Shown here piece by piece: positions 51,131 through 61,381 of a stretch of DNA of 64,000 bases. The translations under genes and the position numbers were made by a program. The stretch is from the NCBI GenBank assembly GCA_963846575.1, contig CAWJWJ010000001.1, positions 384,001 to 448,000 of the forward strand. Direction: 5' to 3'. The DNA is from an uncultured Nitrospiraceae bacterium. GTDB lineage: Bacteria > Nitrospirota > Nitrospiria > Nitrospirales > Nitrospiraceae. The notes beneath the pieces are model-generated. The model was not told where the DNA came from. It ran no database searches and was given only the letters and a program-made list of their open reading frames with translations. Each line of letters starts with the position of its first letter. Positions within the stretch are counted from its first letter, which is position 1.

Positions 51131-51418
51131 TTATCCCTGCGTATTCCGTGGCGGTGGAGCCTCATCGGCCGGCTGCTGGGCAGGCGGCGGTGTGGCTGAC
51201 TGTCCAGTTTGCGGGATCTGTGCCGAAGGCTGGGCCGCAGGCGGCTCCGCCTCGTTGGCTGTCACATCGATCGCATCCGCTTCATGGACAGATTTCTTGA
51301 ACCCCTTGATTGCTTTACCCAATCCTTCTCCGAGCTGAGGAATTTTTCCCGCCCCGAAGATGATCAATACAATGACGAGAATCAGCAGCAGCTCCATCCA
51401 GCCAAACGAACCAAACAT
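51131..51418 (-). CDS. tatA: Twin-arginine translocase TatA subunit
   Basis: [31 protein letters not shown]. Confidence 0.9.
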   Translation of the reverse strand: MFGSFGWMELLLILVIVLIIFGAGKIPQLGEGLGKAIKGFKKSVHEADAIDVTANEAEPPAAQPSAQIPQTGQSATPPPAQQPADEAPPPRNTQG

Positions 51419-51702
51419 GTTACTGTATGCTCCTTGTTACAGCTGTGCGATTAATCGCACGACGTACGTGCATGTACGTGCGATGGACAAACCAGCTTCT
51501 TGAAGTAGAAACATCTGAGATGACGGTGACCGAGGGACCGAGTCCTGATAGTCTCTCGTGATGCAGGGACAATAGATCGGTCTCCTTTGGCGAATCGGAT
51601 GGTAAATCGCGGGAAAGGCTATAGAATCGGCATTAATTAGTCAAGCTCTTTCTCCCGCTTACGTGACCCATGGAGGAGAAGTTAGACCCTTACGCTCACT
51701 TC

Positions 51703-53178
51703 CTACGGACGAAAGGAAAAGTGATAATATTCGACCGGGCTCGGTGGTGCTCCGAGAGCCATCAAGATCGCCTCCCGTTCATAGCCCAAGGTCTCCAAAC
51801 CTCCCTGCGCCTGGCTCAACTCTTCCTCCGTCACATACGCAATGGTATCGGGGATTCCGTTCGGCTTCAGCGACAACAATGTGCCCTGCGCCGATTCCCG
51901 TTCTTCTGCCGGCATCTCATGACGCAAGGGGAACTCGATTTTCCGCTGATAGGGACTCTCATAGGTGTCGTTCAGACTGCGGATTGTCTGCACCGTGAGC
52001 CGATCCAGTTCCCAGGGCTGAACTTTAGAATTGACCGTCGGATGACAAGCCAGCAAATCCATGAGGGTCATGACATTGGTTCCGAGCCGGCTCCCCACGA
52101 ACTCCCGTTGTGTCTCAATCGTAACGGCCCCGACACCCAGATGTTTTGCAACGGCCTGAATCAGAGCCAAATTCACCATAAAGCTGTACTGGCCGCCGAA
52201 TAAACCGTAACAAGGCTTATCGGGATCGTTGAGCACGTCCATGTCGGCGGTACCGGCGTCGAAGCTGCTGAAGCCCACGGCATCAGTCGCAAGCACTCGT
52301 TTCGCCTCCTTGATCGAGGCGCAGGCGCCTAGATTCACCGGCACCAAGACTTCTTCGTCGATAGCTTTCAGGAACTCAGTGATGGTCTTACGAAACGGAA
52401 TGTCCTTCCATTCGACCTTGTGATATTCGCGCTCCCAAATCAGATCGTCCAGAAAGGGCGGAAACTGCTTGAGTTGCTCGATGTCTTTCGCGTCGAAAGC
52501 CCGGACAAATCTTGACCAATCCGCGATGGCCGCGGCTTTGCGTTCATTGACGTTCGGGCGGAGAAATTCCTCTTCGTATTCTGCCCCCTTCTTGGCCAGA
52601 AGCTTGGTTGCCAGTTCATTCCAGAGTTCGTTGCAGAAAATTCGATCGATCGAGCCATCGGCAACCGTCGACAGGTTCTCCACCTCGGCACAGAGCGAGT
52701 CGATCTTTGCCAGGTGCGGCATGAGATCGGGATGCGTACGCGCCCGCTCCAACGCATGGGCCTGCGAATCGACAAACACGTAGCGAAGACGGGGATAGAC
52801 CAGGCCCGCTTTATCGAGATGCTGCAGATGGCTGAGGAAGCAGGCCGCCAGATTCCCGTTGCCGGGCCCCCATTCCATCACGGTCAGCGGGCTTGCGCCT
52901 TTGGACGGAGTCTCCGCCTGTGCGGCCGATGCCTCGCGTTTCGCGGCGGCTTTTTTTTCACGCTTGGTCACCTGCTCGTAATAGTCGGTCGCCAAGGCAT
53001 GCGCCAGCCGATAGTCCGCCGTGGTGAACGTCTGGTAAAAATTGCGCTGTTCCTCTCCCCGCAATTGATAGAACAAGACATTGATATGGGCCTGCCATTG
53101 ATCGACGGGCTTGTACTCCCCGATCGGTTGGGGCAGCGCGTCGGGATCTTCCACCTGCGTCATCATCCGTTGTTCCAT
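51703..53178 (-). CDS. SAM-dependent methyltransferase (MidA/NDUFAF7-like)
   Basis: MEWGPGNGNLA motif I, Y..VD, FCNELW.EL. Confidence 0.7.
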   Translation of the reverse strand: MEQRMMTQVEDPDALPQPIGEYKPVDQWQAHINVLFYQLRGEEQRNFYQTFTTADYRLAHALATDYYEQVTKREKKAAAKREASAAQAETPSKGASPLTVMEWGPGNGNLAACFLSHLQHLDKAGLVYPRLRYVFVDSQAHALERARTHPDLMPHLAKIDSLCAEVENLSTVADGSIDRIFCNELWNELATKLLAKKGAEYEEEFLRPNVNERKAAAIADWSRFVRAFDAKDIEQLKQFPPFLDDLIWEREYHKVEWKDIPFRKTITEFLKAIDEEVLVPVNLGACASIKEAKRVLATDAVGFSSFDAGTADMDVLNDPDKPCYGLFGGQYSFMVNLALIQAVAKHLGVGAVTIETQREFVGSRLGTNVMTLMDLLACHPTVNSKVQPWELDRLTVQTIRSLNDTYESPYQRKIEFPLRHEMPAEERESAQGTLLSLKPNGIPDTIAYVTEEELSQAQGGLETLGYEREAILMALGAPPSPVEYYHFSFRP

Positions 53179-53309
53179 TACATCCCCCTCTGAAAAGGGG
53201 GAAATTCTAACAGGAAGCAAATTTCACCCGCAACCTGACCATTCCACGCCATCCGCTACCAAGTGAGCTTTCTTGACAGAACTGCCGGGCGGAGTGTAGC
53301 AAGATAAGG

Positions 53310-53882
53310 ATGAGGCACTGGTGCGGGTTCATCGGTTCCATCATCCTTTTCTGTTCCCTCGCCCTGGCAGAGGACCTTCCTCTGACCCACAACGTCCCGG
53401 TCCCTGAATTCCAGAATCGCAGTGAAATTCCCAAAGCCTATGATTTTGATGCGCCGCCACAAGGCATGTTTCGTAATATTGTCTTGGCGGAAGGTTTTGA
53501 CGAGGAGCTCGGCTTCCAGCGGACACACGAGATTGTTCCCGTCAAACCGACCGAACAGTTTTCCGCGGAAAACAAGGCAGTCTTCATCGTGTTCGAGTTC
53601 CATCAACATTACCAGTCTTTTCAGGTGTTCGGACGCTGTTATCCGGAGCAGGTGGAAGGACTGGATAACCAGATGGTGGTCGCCGAAGACGCGATGTATA
53701 TCGCACTTGAGGACCAAACCGGCTATCTGAAGCTCTTTCCTGGTCAGGGAAACTGGAAGCCCGGTCGATACAGAGTGGAGATCCACGCGGGCGAGCAGGT
53801 CAACGAAATGAGCCTGATGGGCACCATGCGCTTTACTATGTCCGCAGCCGTCAGCCGATCTGCGCCGGCTACTTCCCGTTAA
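53310..53882 (+). CDS. Secreted hypothetical protein (Ig-like C-terminus)
   Basis: Signal peptide ALA; W.PGRYRVEI pattern. Confidence 0.7.
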   Translation: MRHWCGFIGSIILFCSLALAEDLPLTHNVPVPEFQNRSEIPKAYDFDAPPQGMFRNIVLAEGFDEELGFQRTHEIVPVKPTEQFSAENKAVFIVFEFHQHYQSFQVFGRCYPEQVEGLDNQMVVAEDAMYIALEDQTGYLKLFPGQGNWKPGRYRVEIHAGEQVNEMSLMGTMRFTMSAAVSRSAPATSR

Positions 53883-54082
53883 GCGCCTTCCGGTCGTTGC
53901 CCCGCTCGTCGCTCCATGAGCTTCGATGCCGCGCTTGGAGGAGCGGGGCAGCCGTTCCGCAATCCTTCCCGCGGAGAAAAATTCAATTCATATCTACCAG
54001 TTTGACCATCCATCGATTCCTTTTGTAGAATGTGCGCCGTGCACCACGACGAACCCCTGCGTGAAGGAACCGACCCCGCTCC

Positions 54083-54859
54083 ATGACTGTTGTGACCCGC
54101 CCATGGGCTTCCGTGGTCATCCCCATCAAGGATGAACGCGACAATCTGGTTCCCCTGACTGAGCAACTGGTGAAAGCTTTGGAAAGCCGGGATGAATCGC
54201 GATCGGCTCCATTTGAGTTATTATTCATCGACGATGGCAGCACCGACGGAAGTTCGGAGCTCTTGGACAGCCTGGCTGCCCAGCACTCCACAGTCAGAGT
54301 TTTTCACTTTGACCGTAATTATGGGCAGTCTGCGGCCTTCGATGCCGGCTTCAAACAGTCCACCGGTGAGTTGGTGATGACGATCGACGGCGACCTCCAA
54401 AACGATCCGGCGGATATCGCCACCTTGCTTCCATTGATCCGGACGTTCGACCTCGTGTGCGGTTGGCGCAAAGACCGCCACGATAACCTGACCCGCAAAA
54501 TTTCATCCCGCATTGCCAATTCCGTGCGAAGCGCGGTCACCGGCGATCGGGTGCACGATACCGGTTGTTCCCTGAAGCTATTTCGCCGCGCCGTCGTGGA
54601 GAAGTTGCAACTCTTCGAGGGCATGCACCGGTTCTTTCCCGCCCTCGCCCTGATGCACGGCTTCACCGTCACAGAGGTGCCGGTGCGCCACTATCCCCGC
54701 GCACATGGAACCTCGAAGTATGGCGTGGGCAACCGTCTATTTAAGGGCCTGTACGACCTGGTAGCCGTGCGATGGATGCAGCACCGATGCCTCCGTTATC
54801 AATACCGCCCGGTCAGGCCGACACCACCTCCATCGCCGTCCTCCGCCACAAGCCTATGA
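54083..54859 (+). CDS. Glycosyltransferase family 2 (polyprenyl-phosphate sugar synthase, RgtE/ArnC-like)
   Basis: SVVIP..DE, DDGSTD, RNYGQSAA, DGDLQNDP, DTGCSLK, HRF.PAL. Confidence 0.9.
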   Translation: MTVVTRPWASVVIPIKDERDNLVPLTEQLVKALESRDESRSAPFELLFIDDGSTDGSSELLDSLAAQHSTVRVFHFDRNYGQSAAFDAGFKQSTGELVMTIDGDLQNDPADIATLLPLIRTFDLVCGWRKDRHDNLTRKISSRIANSVRSAVTGDRVHDTGCSLKLFRRAVVEKLQLFEGMHRFFPALALMHGFTVTEVPVRHYPRAHGTSKYGVGNRLFKGLYDLVAVRWMQHRCLRYQYRPVRPTPPPSPSSATSL

Positions 54860-55155
54860 CAATCGATACACTCTGGCTGATCGTGGGATTCCTCGGGCAA
54901 GGCGTTTTTTTCATGCGTTGGGTCGTCCAATGGGTGGCCTCGGAGCGCCATGCGGAAAGTCGGGTTCCCACAGCATTCTGGTATATGAGTCTGATCGGTG
55001 GACTCATCACACTCGCCTATGCGATCTATCGGCGCGATCCCGTCTTCATTGCCGGGCAGAGCATCGGAGGTCTAGTCTATCTTCGCAACCTCATGTTGAT
55101 CCACCGTCCGAACCCAGCCGATCCCGGAACGGCTTCCCCGGCAACGAAGCCCTGA
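54856..55155 (+). CDS. Lipid-A-disaccharide synthase N-terminal (LAB_N, RgtF-like) membrane protein
   Basis: GFLGQ..F.MRW.VQW.ASE...S.VP..FWY.S..GG, DPVFI.GQ, Y.RNL. Confidence 0.9.
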   Translation: MTIDTLWLIVGFLGQGVFFMRWVVQWVASERHAESRVPTAFWYMSLIGGLITLAYAIYRRDPVFIAGQSIGGLVYLRNLMLIHRPNPADPGTASPATKP

Positions 55156-56954
55156 TGGAGTCTCTCCTGAACGGACAGCCATCGCCTTCCCCTGCAGCGG
55201 CACAGACCGACCGCTCGATTCAACCACTCGCGCTCCTTCTGCTCCTCGCGATGGCGGCCGTCCTGTTCTTCGTCGGACTCGGCTCCACCGGACTGACCGA
55301 TCGGGACGAAGGACGCAACGCCGAAGCCGGCCGGGAAATGTATGAAACGGGCGACTACATCAGTCCCACGTTCAACTACGAACCACGCTTCGCCAAACCC
55401 GTTTTCGTCTATTGGCTGATGAGTCTCTCGTACCATCTGTTCGGGGTGAATGAATTCGCAGCGCGGTTCCCCTCAGCGATCTTCGGTCTCGGACTGATTC
55501 TGCTGCAATACCTCTTCTTGACCCGCTGTCGCGGTCCCGTGGTGGGCCTCTTCGGCGCCGCGATGTTATTGCTCAACCTCGAAATTATCGGACTGGGGCG
55601 CATGGCTCTGACCGATAGTGTCCTCATTTTCTTTACCACGGCATCGCTCTTCGGCTTCTGGCTGGGTTTGAACGGCAGGGGGCATGAACGCCACTATATG
55701 TGGCTCTTCTACATCGGCATGGCGCTCGGTACCCTCACGAAAGGGCCGATTGGTTTCCTGATTCCCATGCTGGCCGTGGGACTATATCTTTCGCTGACCA
55801 AGTCCTGGCCCCTCTACTGGCGCCAGGGTTTTCCCCTTTCAGGCCTGCTCCTGTTTCTCCTGCTGGCACTGCCCTGGTATCTCATAATGCTGAACATTCA
55901 CGGCCAGCGCTATACGACTTCGGCGCAAGGGGACACGGTCGGACGTTTTTTCGGCGCCATGGAAGGACACGGGGGCACGCTGCTCTTTTACCTTCCCGTG
56001 CTACTGATTGGATTTTTCCCCTGGAGCGGCTTATTACCCTTCGCGTGGTACCAGGCCTATCGGAGCTGGCGGAACGCGAACAAGACCGGCTCACTCTCTC
56101 CCGCCGGATCCTCGGGCCTCGACGACCGGTTTTCGCCTGCTGCGCTTGAATGGTTCGCCGCAATCTGGCTGCTTGGAGGATTGGTGTTTTTCAGCCTCTC
56201 CTCTACTCGCCTGCCGCATTACATCGGACCTTTGTTTCCTGCCGCGGCAATCTTAACGGCCTCCTACTGGAATCGCTGCCTCGCCGACCAGGCCGCTCCC
56301 ACCATACGTGCCGCCATCCATACGATGACGGCCGTGGGATTTATTTTGGCTCTCGTCTTTGCGTCGCTACCGCCCCTCTATGCACGCTTTGCCGGGAAAC
56401 TCATCAACGAATTCCCGCTGGCAGGTCAGGTGACATTGGGGCCTGGTCCCTATACCGTGGCCTCGATCTTCCTGGTCGGCATGGGCCTGGTTGCCTACTT
56501 CGGATTCAGCGAGTCGAAACGAGCGGGCGCATTCTGGGCCGCGGGGGGAACATTGGCCCTCGTAGTGCTTGCGGTCACCCAATTGACCTTCCCCTTGATC
56601 AATCACTTTGTCATCGAACCGCCGCAGCGCCTGGCGGATGTCGCCGGGGTTAATCTCGGTCCGAATGACCGCCTGATCCTCTACGGCCAACCCCGACCCT
56701 CGCTGGTCTTTTATGCCAAACGAAAGGCCATCGTCGTTCCCAAGAATGAAGAGGCGAACATTAAACCGTACCTGAGCCAGCCGGGTCGGACGATGATCCT
56801 GCTTCCGACGGCGATGAGGAATCGACTTCCGGTGGAAACGATAGACTATCCCGTGTTGCTCGAACGGTACGGGTATATCCTGCTGGCCAATCAATCGCTG
56901 ATTCACGTTCCGGAACAGGCGGAAAAGCCGCCCCTCCGCATTCCCGGACATTGA
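55155..56954 (+). CDS. ArnT/GT83 family lipid A glycosyltransferase
   Basis: DRDEGR.AEA.REM, RF.KP...YWL, AARFPSA, LTKGPIG, FFPWS, many TMs. Confidence 0.9.
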   Translation: MESLLNGQPSPSPAAAQTDRSIQPLALLLLLAMAAVLFFVGLGSTGLTDRDEGRNAEAGREMYETGDYISPTFNYEPRFAKPVFVYWLMSLSYHLFGVNEFAARFPSAIFGLGLILLQYLFLTRCRGPVVGLFGAAMLLLNLEIIGLGRMALTDSVLIFFTTASLFGFWLGLNGRGHERHYMWLFYIGMALGTLTKGPIGFLIPMLAVGLYLSLTKSWPLYWRQGFPLSGLLLFLLLALPWYLIMLNIHGQRYTTSAQGDTVGRFFGAMEGHGGTLLFYLPVLLIGFFPWSGLLPFAWYQAYRSWRNANKTGSLSPAGSSGLDDRFSPAALEWFAAIWLLGGLVFFSLSSTRLPHYIGPLFPAAAILTASYWNRCLADQAAPTIRAAIHTMTAVGFILALVFASLPPLYARFAGKLINEFPLAGQVTLGPGPYTVASIFLVGMGLVAYFGFSESKRAGAFWAAGGTLALVVLAVTQLTFPLINHFVIEPPQRLADVAGVNLGPNDRLILYGQPRPSLVFYAKRKAIVVPKNEEANIKPYLSQPGRTMILLPTAMRNRLPVETIDYPVLLERYGYILLANQSLIHVPEQAEKPPLRIPGH

Positions 56955-56962
56955 AGCGATCG

Positions 56963-58048
56963 TTACTGAAGCGGCACGAGTCCTTTCAGCGCCTGAACCA
57001 GGACCAGTGCGATCGTAGCCCCTGCCGCATAGAGACTGTCATCGACCCAGGACTGCCGGACCTCCCGGGGTGCATCCGGAAAACCGCCGGCACCAGTCCA
57101 TCTCGCCATGCAGATCAGGCCGCTCAACCCGATGAGGACGGGTACGCCGGTGGCTACACCCAACCCGAGTTGCAGGAGACAGTCTGACATCATAGTTGTG
57201 GATGCGTCGGCGTTTCCTGTGGCAGCTCGATGCCGTCCCAATCGCAAGATCAGACCGCCGGCCACAAGCGCCACCCCCGACCCGAACAGGATGCCGTCCG
57301 TCATGACGTCGACAATGCGATGCGTCAGCACCCAGAGCAGGCCTGTGATGAGCAACGTGATCGGGGCAATCCGCAGGAGCGCCTGCGCGCAGGAGCGCCT
57401 CCACCATCGTAGCGGCCCATTGAAGACCGATCCAACTACATACCCCGTCACCATCCCCGCCACTACATCGCTGGGAAAATGAGACCCGCGCCAGATGCGG
57501 CTGGTGCCAACCCAGGCCACCATCATCAACGGAACCCATCGCCATCGAGGCATCGCGCGGGCAAGCACGGTCACCACCGCCACGCTGGCGGACGTATGAC
57601 CTGAGGGAAAGGAGTCCAGCCCGGAGTCCCACGATGGCCACCACTGCCATCCTCCGGAATGGGTGAGACGAGGTCGCGGGCGCCCAATGACGTGCTTCAT
57701 TCCGGTGACCACCAGCGCCACCACGCCATGGGCCAGCAAACTATCCAGGCCCAAATGCCTGAGCGAGGGTCGCTTCAGATAGAGACCGACTCCTAATACC
57801 AGCATACTGATCGCAACGAGGGTGCCGCCATTCCCAAGTTTCTCACCCACGTCGCCGAGAGTCTGAAGGGCTGAAAGATTATGCGAGCGGAGAAACCACA
57901 GGAGAGGGATATCGACCTGCAGGAGAGCCGCGAACGATCCGATCACTGCGAGCGCGGAAAGCAATACCGCCATGAACGGCGGGCGAGCCGGTGCTAAGAC
58001 GGGCTGCGTCACGACCGGCGCAGCCCGTCCGTCACCAGGTTCGGTCAT
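56963..58048 (-). CDS. PAP2 family phosphatase (LpxE/LpxF-like)
   Basis: K...GRPRP, SFPSGH, SRI..G.HFPSDV. Confidence 0.88.
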   Translation of the reverse strand: MTEPGDGRAAPVVTQPVLAPARPPFMAVLLSALAVIGSFAALLQVDIPLLWFLRSHNLSALQTLGDVGEKLGNGGTLVAISMLVLGVGLYLKRPSLRHLGLDSLLAHGVVALVVTGMKHVIGRPRPRLTHSGGWQWWPSWDSGLDSFPSGHTSASVAVVTVLARAMPRWRWVPLMMVAWVGTSRIWRGSHFPSDVVAGMVTGYVVGSVFNGPLRWWRRSCAQALLRIAPITLLITGLLWVLTHRIVDVMTDGILFGSGVALVAGGLILRLGRHRAATGNADASTTMMSDCLLQLGLGVATGVPVLIGLSGLICMARWTGAGGFPDAPREVRQSWVDDSLYAAGATIALVLVQALKGLVPLQ

Positions 58049-59172
58049 GGAACCCAGTCAGCGAGAAAGACATTGAACTCTCCACGCTCCTTCGCCCCTC
58101 GGTCCGATACCCAGACCAGGCGTTTTCCGTCGGGAGAGAACATGGGGAAACTGTTGAACTGTCCGTCAAATGTGAGCCGCTCCAAGCCAGTGCCGTCCTC
58201 ATGGACAAGATACAGATGGAACTCCGGCCGCCCCCCCTCATTCCGGGTCTCCACATTCGAGGCGAAGATGAGCCGATGCCCGTCAGGATGGAAATAGGGA
58301 GAAAAATTGGAGGCGCCGTTGTGTGTCACCTGCTGCTTGTCGGATCCGTCGGCATTCATGATATACAACTCGAGCTGGCCCGGCTCCACCAGATTCTGGG
58401 CCAAAAGCGTCTTGTACTGATCGAGTTCCTCCTGGTTCGCCGGATGCTGCGCGCGGTAGACGATGCGCTTGCTGTCCGGTGAAAAGAACGGCCCCCCCTC
58501 GTAGCCGACCTCCTCGGTCAACCGCCGGATATGGGTGCCATCCAAATCCATGGCGTAGATGTTCAGATCGCCGTCACGCAGCGAGGTCCACACGATGGTC
58601 TTTCCGTTGGGAGACACGGTCGCTTCAGCATCGTACCCCGGCGTATTCGTCAGGCGCTGAGGATCCTGCCCGTCAATGCGGACGGAGAAGAGATCGTAAT
58701 CATCCAGGGCCCAGCGATAGGCCCCGTCGCGTTTTGGCTTGGGAGGGCAATTGGGAGCCCTCAAATGCGTGGACGAAAACAATACCCGGCGATCGCCCGG
58801 GAAAAAATACCCGCAGGTCGTGGCTCCCACGCCGGTGCTGACCATGCGAATCGCGTCACTCGCCAGATCCATGACATACATTTGATAACAACCGAGCGGT
58901 TGGTCGGCCGGTTTCATGGCGGCGGCGTAGGTATCTTTCATCCAGTTATTCGTGGACTGGAAAATCAGCTTATCCCCGCTGAACGAAAAATAGGCTTCTG
59001 CATTCTGCCGCCCGAAGGTGAGTTGCCGGATGTTCGTGAGATGGCGCTCGGCCGACGCGACCGGTTTTCCGGCCGCAGCCTGCTTGGGCGCAGCCGCCTC
59101 GACCGGCACCACCAGCATCGCACCGAACAGGACGCCCGCTATCCCCGAGATCACCCGGCTACTCTGTTTCAA
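58045..59172 (-). CDS. TolB-like beta-propeller (PD40 repeat) protein
   Basis: Signal peptide; NAEAYFS, GYDAEAT.SP.GK, FSPDGK repeats. Confidence 0.88.
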   Translation of the reverse strand: MKQSSRVISGIAGVLFGAMLVVPVEAAAPKQAAAGKPVASAERHLTNIRQLTFGRQNAEAYFSFSGDKLIFQSTNNWMKDTYAAAMKPADQPLGCYQMYVMDLASDAIRMVSTGVGATTCGYFFPGDRRVLFSSTHLRAPNCPPKPKRDGAYRWALDDYDLFSVRIDGQDPQRLTNTPGYDAEATVSPNGKTIVWTSLRDGDLNIYAMDLDGTHIRRLTEEVGYEGGPFFSPDSKRIVYRAQHPANQEELDQYKTLLAQNLVEPGQLELYIMNADGSDKQQVTHNGASNFSPYFHPDGHRLIFASNVETRNEGGRPEFHLYLVHEDGTGLERLTFDGQFNSFPMFSPDGKRLVWVSDRGAKERGEFNVFLADWVP

Positions 59173-61348
59173 ATCGCACCTCAGTACTCATCTTATCCTC
59201 CCAATCTCCCCGTGCCGTCACGGCACCTTCCTGAAACACCACATAACTCTGCCATCCATAAAAAAACAAGAGGCGCGCCACCCGACCCAACGCCTGGGGC
59301 GTCACGCCGTACAGCCAGGTGACCACACTGCCCGGAAGATCGGGGCGACGGCAGGACACCAGGAACGCCATGTTCGGACCGGCGTACATCCGTCCCTGAA
59401 TCGCGAACCCGGTCTCGGTGAGACGAACGTGATCACGACAGGACTGGAGAGCCCGGGCTGCAGGGGAGGCCTCCTGAGGACTACCCAAGAAAAGTATGGA
59501 CCCGTTCGGCAACTGTGACGTTTCTGGTTTCGCCGGCAACAGGGTCGTCCGCGGCACGTCAGGTCTGGATGCTTCCTGCGCCACGATGCGCTGGACAATG
59601 GCCGCCAGCGGATCAGCCTGATCGGATGACGCAGCGGAGGGCAGGACGACCGTGCGAGCCACATCCGTCACATAGAGATTCAACATAGGGGGCAGGTCGC
59701 GTCGGTCCACCCGACGAAACAAATGATAGTCCGGATCAAGTTTCACGGCCTGGGGACGTTTGGCGAGAGGGACCATGACATCCTGCTGGGCATCGACGAG
59801 TTGGATACGAACGTCCTGAGAGCGCTCCCCGGCAAACACGAACCTGAGTTCGATCGGAGTGCGATACGGCACGTCGCGCTGAGTGATATGCACCGCTGCC
59901 TCAATACTGGGAATCTGGCCGGAAGTTCCGTGTGCCGGTTGCACGCGCACACCCGACAAGGCGAGGTCCGGCGCGCCGGCCCGCTCGACCCACTGCGCAA
60001 AAAACCACCGCAGATCCCGCCCGACTGCTCGTTGAAACACCTGTTCAAGATTCTTCCAATCAGCCACCTCGCCGAGATACCGCTCCGGAATCTGCTTGAG
60101 CGCCCGCCAGAACACCTCATCGCCGACTTCCTGCCTGAGCATATGAAACACCATGGCGGATTTCTGATAGCCGATGGCGTTGTCTTTTTCATCATGCTTC
60201 TGCGCAAACTTCTCGAGCGGGTAGTCGTCCCCCGGTCGGACGTGGGCTGAATAACCCATGAGCATCAGCCGTCGTTGTTCGCGAGCCTGCGCCTCATCTC
60301 CGGTGAGTTCATGATAGTAGTAGTTCGACAGATACGTGGTCAGGCCCTCTACCCAGTTACCCTCGCTGACCCGGTTAAACACACCGTTGCCTATCCAGGA
60401 ATGCACGATTTCGTGCCCCAACGCATAGGGCTGAGTATAGTGGCGCTTGATGACTCCGCTCCCCAGCAGCGTGAAGGATGGCATTCCCAATCCACTCGGG
60501 AAAAAATTTTCCACGACGGCAAACCGTGTAAAGGGATAGGGTCCGAGCAGAGGAATATAGGCGTCCAGATATCGAGCCGACGCCGTGAGATATTCATCCG
60601 CAAGCGCCTCCTCTTCGGGGAATAAATAGGTGGCCAACTCAATCTTCTGTCCAGACTTGGCTTGCCACGCGCGAGTGCTGACGACAAAGCGATTGGCCAC
60701 GACCGTCAACGCCTCACTCCTGGTGGAGACGACCCAGCGCGCAGGATCGGCCTGTGGAGTTCCCTGTGTCACGGCGGTCCAGCCGCGCGGCACGGTCATC
60801 GTAACGTCATAAGTGGCCAGAGACGCGTCGAGATCCGGGTACCACTGACTCTCACTGCTGAGATAGATCCCCTCCGGTCCGATGTGACCGGAGGTGTCGC
60901 TCGCCGTAACAAAGCGAAGCTGGCGGGGATCCCGCGGAGGGTCGTCGATGACTCCCCGGTACACAAACTTCAGCTGTACCGACCCAGCTCCCGGATTCGT
61001 AGGAAGCTGCAGGACGACGCGTGCAGGCTCGGTCGGACTGGAGGTAGCGCCCCTCTCAAATGCCAACGGTGTAGCGGATTCGCAGCCGTTCCGACAGTGA
61101 GTGACATCCTCAACCGTTTCCAGCCGCAAGGTGGGTGCAAGCGAAAAGGCCAGTACTGTTCCAGGCGATCCTCCCGTCAGGGTCAGCTGATCTGTCGCAA
61201 CCAACTCGTGGGAATCCGGGAGCAGCTCCAGCGTGATCAGATGGTGAGAAACCGTCGGACGGAAAGAGCCGGACTCAGCGACTGCGAGAGCAGGAATGAG
61301 AAGAATCGCAAGCAGACTGAAACGGATGAGGCGACGCAAACAATTCAC
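59159..61348 (-). CDS. M1 family (gluzincin) aminopeptidase, exported
   Basis: HEIVHSW (HExxH) and NWVEGLT.Y, YQKSAMVFHML; signal peptide. Confidence 0.88.
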   Translation of the reverse strand: MNCLRRLIRFSLLAILLIPALAVAESGSFRPTVSHHLITLELLPDSHELVATDQLTLTGGSPGTVLAFSLAPTLRLETVEDVTHCRNGCESATPLAFERGATSSPTEPARVVLQLPTNPGAGSVQLKFVYRGVIDDPPRDPRQLRFVTASDTSGHIGPEGIYLSSESQWYPDLDASLATYDVTMTVPRGWTAVTQGTPQADPARWVVSTRSEALTVVANRFVVSTRAWQAKSGQKIELATYLFPEEEALADEYLTASARYLDAYIPLLGPYPFTRFAVVENFFPSGLGMPSFTLLGSGVIKRHYTQPYALGHEIVHSWIGNGVFNRVSEGNWVEGLTTYLSNYYYHELTGDEAQAREQRRLMLMGYSAHVRPGDDYPLEKFAQKHDEKDNAIGYQKSAMVFHMLRQEVGDEVFWRALKQIPERYLGEVADWKNLEQVFQRAVGRDLRWFFAQWVERAGAPDLALSGVRVQPAHGTSGQIPSIEAAVHITQRDVPYRTPIELRFVFAGERSQDVRIQLVDAQQDVMVPLAKRPQAVKLDPDYHLFRRVDRRDLPPMLNLYVTDVARTVVLPSAASSDQADPLAAIVQRIVAQEASRPDVPRTTLLPAKPETSQLPNGSILFLGSPQEASPAARALQSCRDHVRLTETGFAIQGRMYAGPNMAFLVSCRRPDLPGSVVTWLYGVTPQALGRVARLLFFYGWQSYVVFQEGAVTARGDWEDKMSTEVRFETE

Positions 61349-61381
61349 CCTTCACCGACACGTCAAAGTGAAGGGTGGAGA

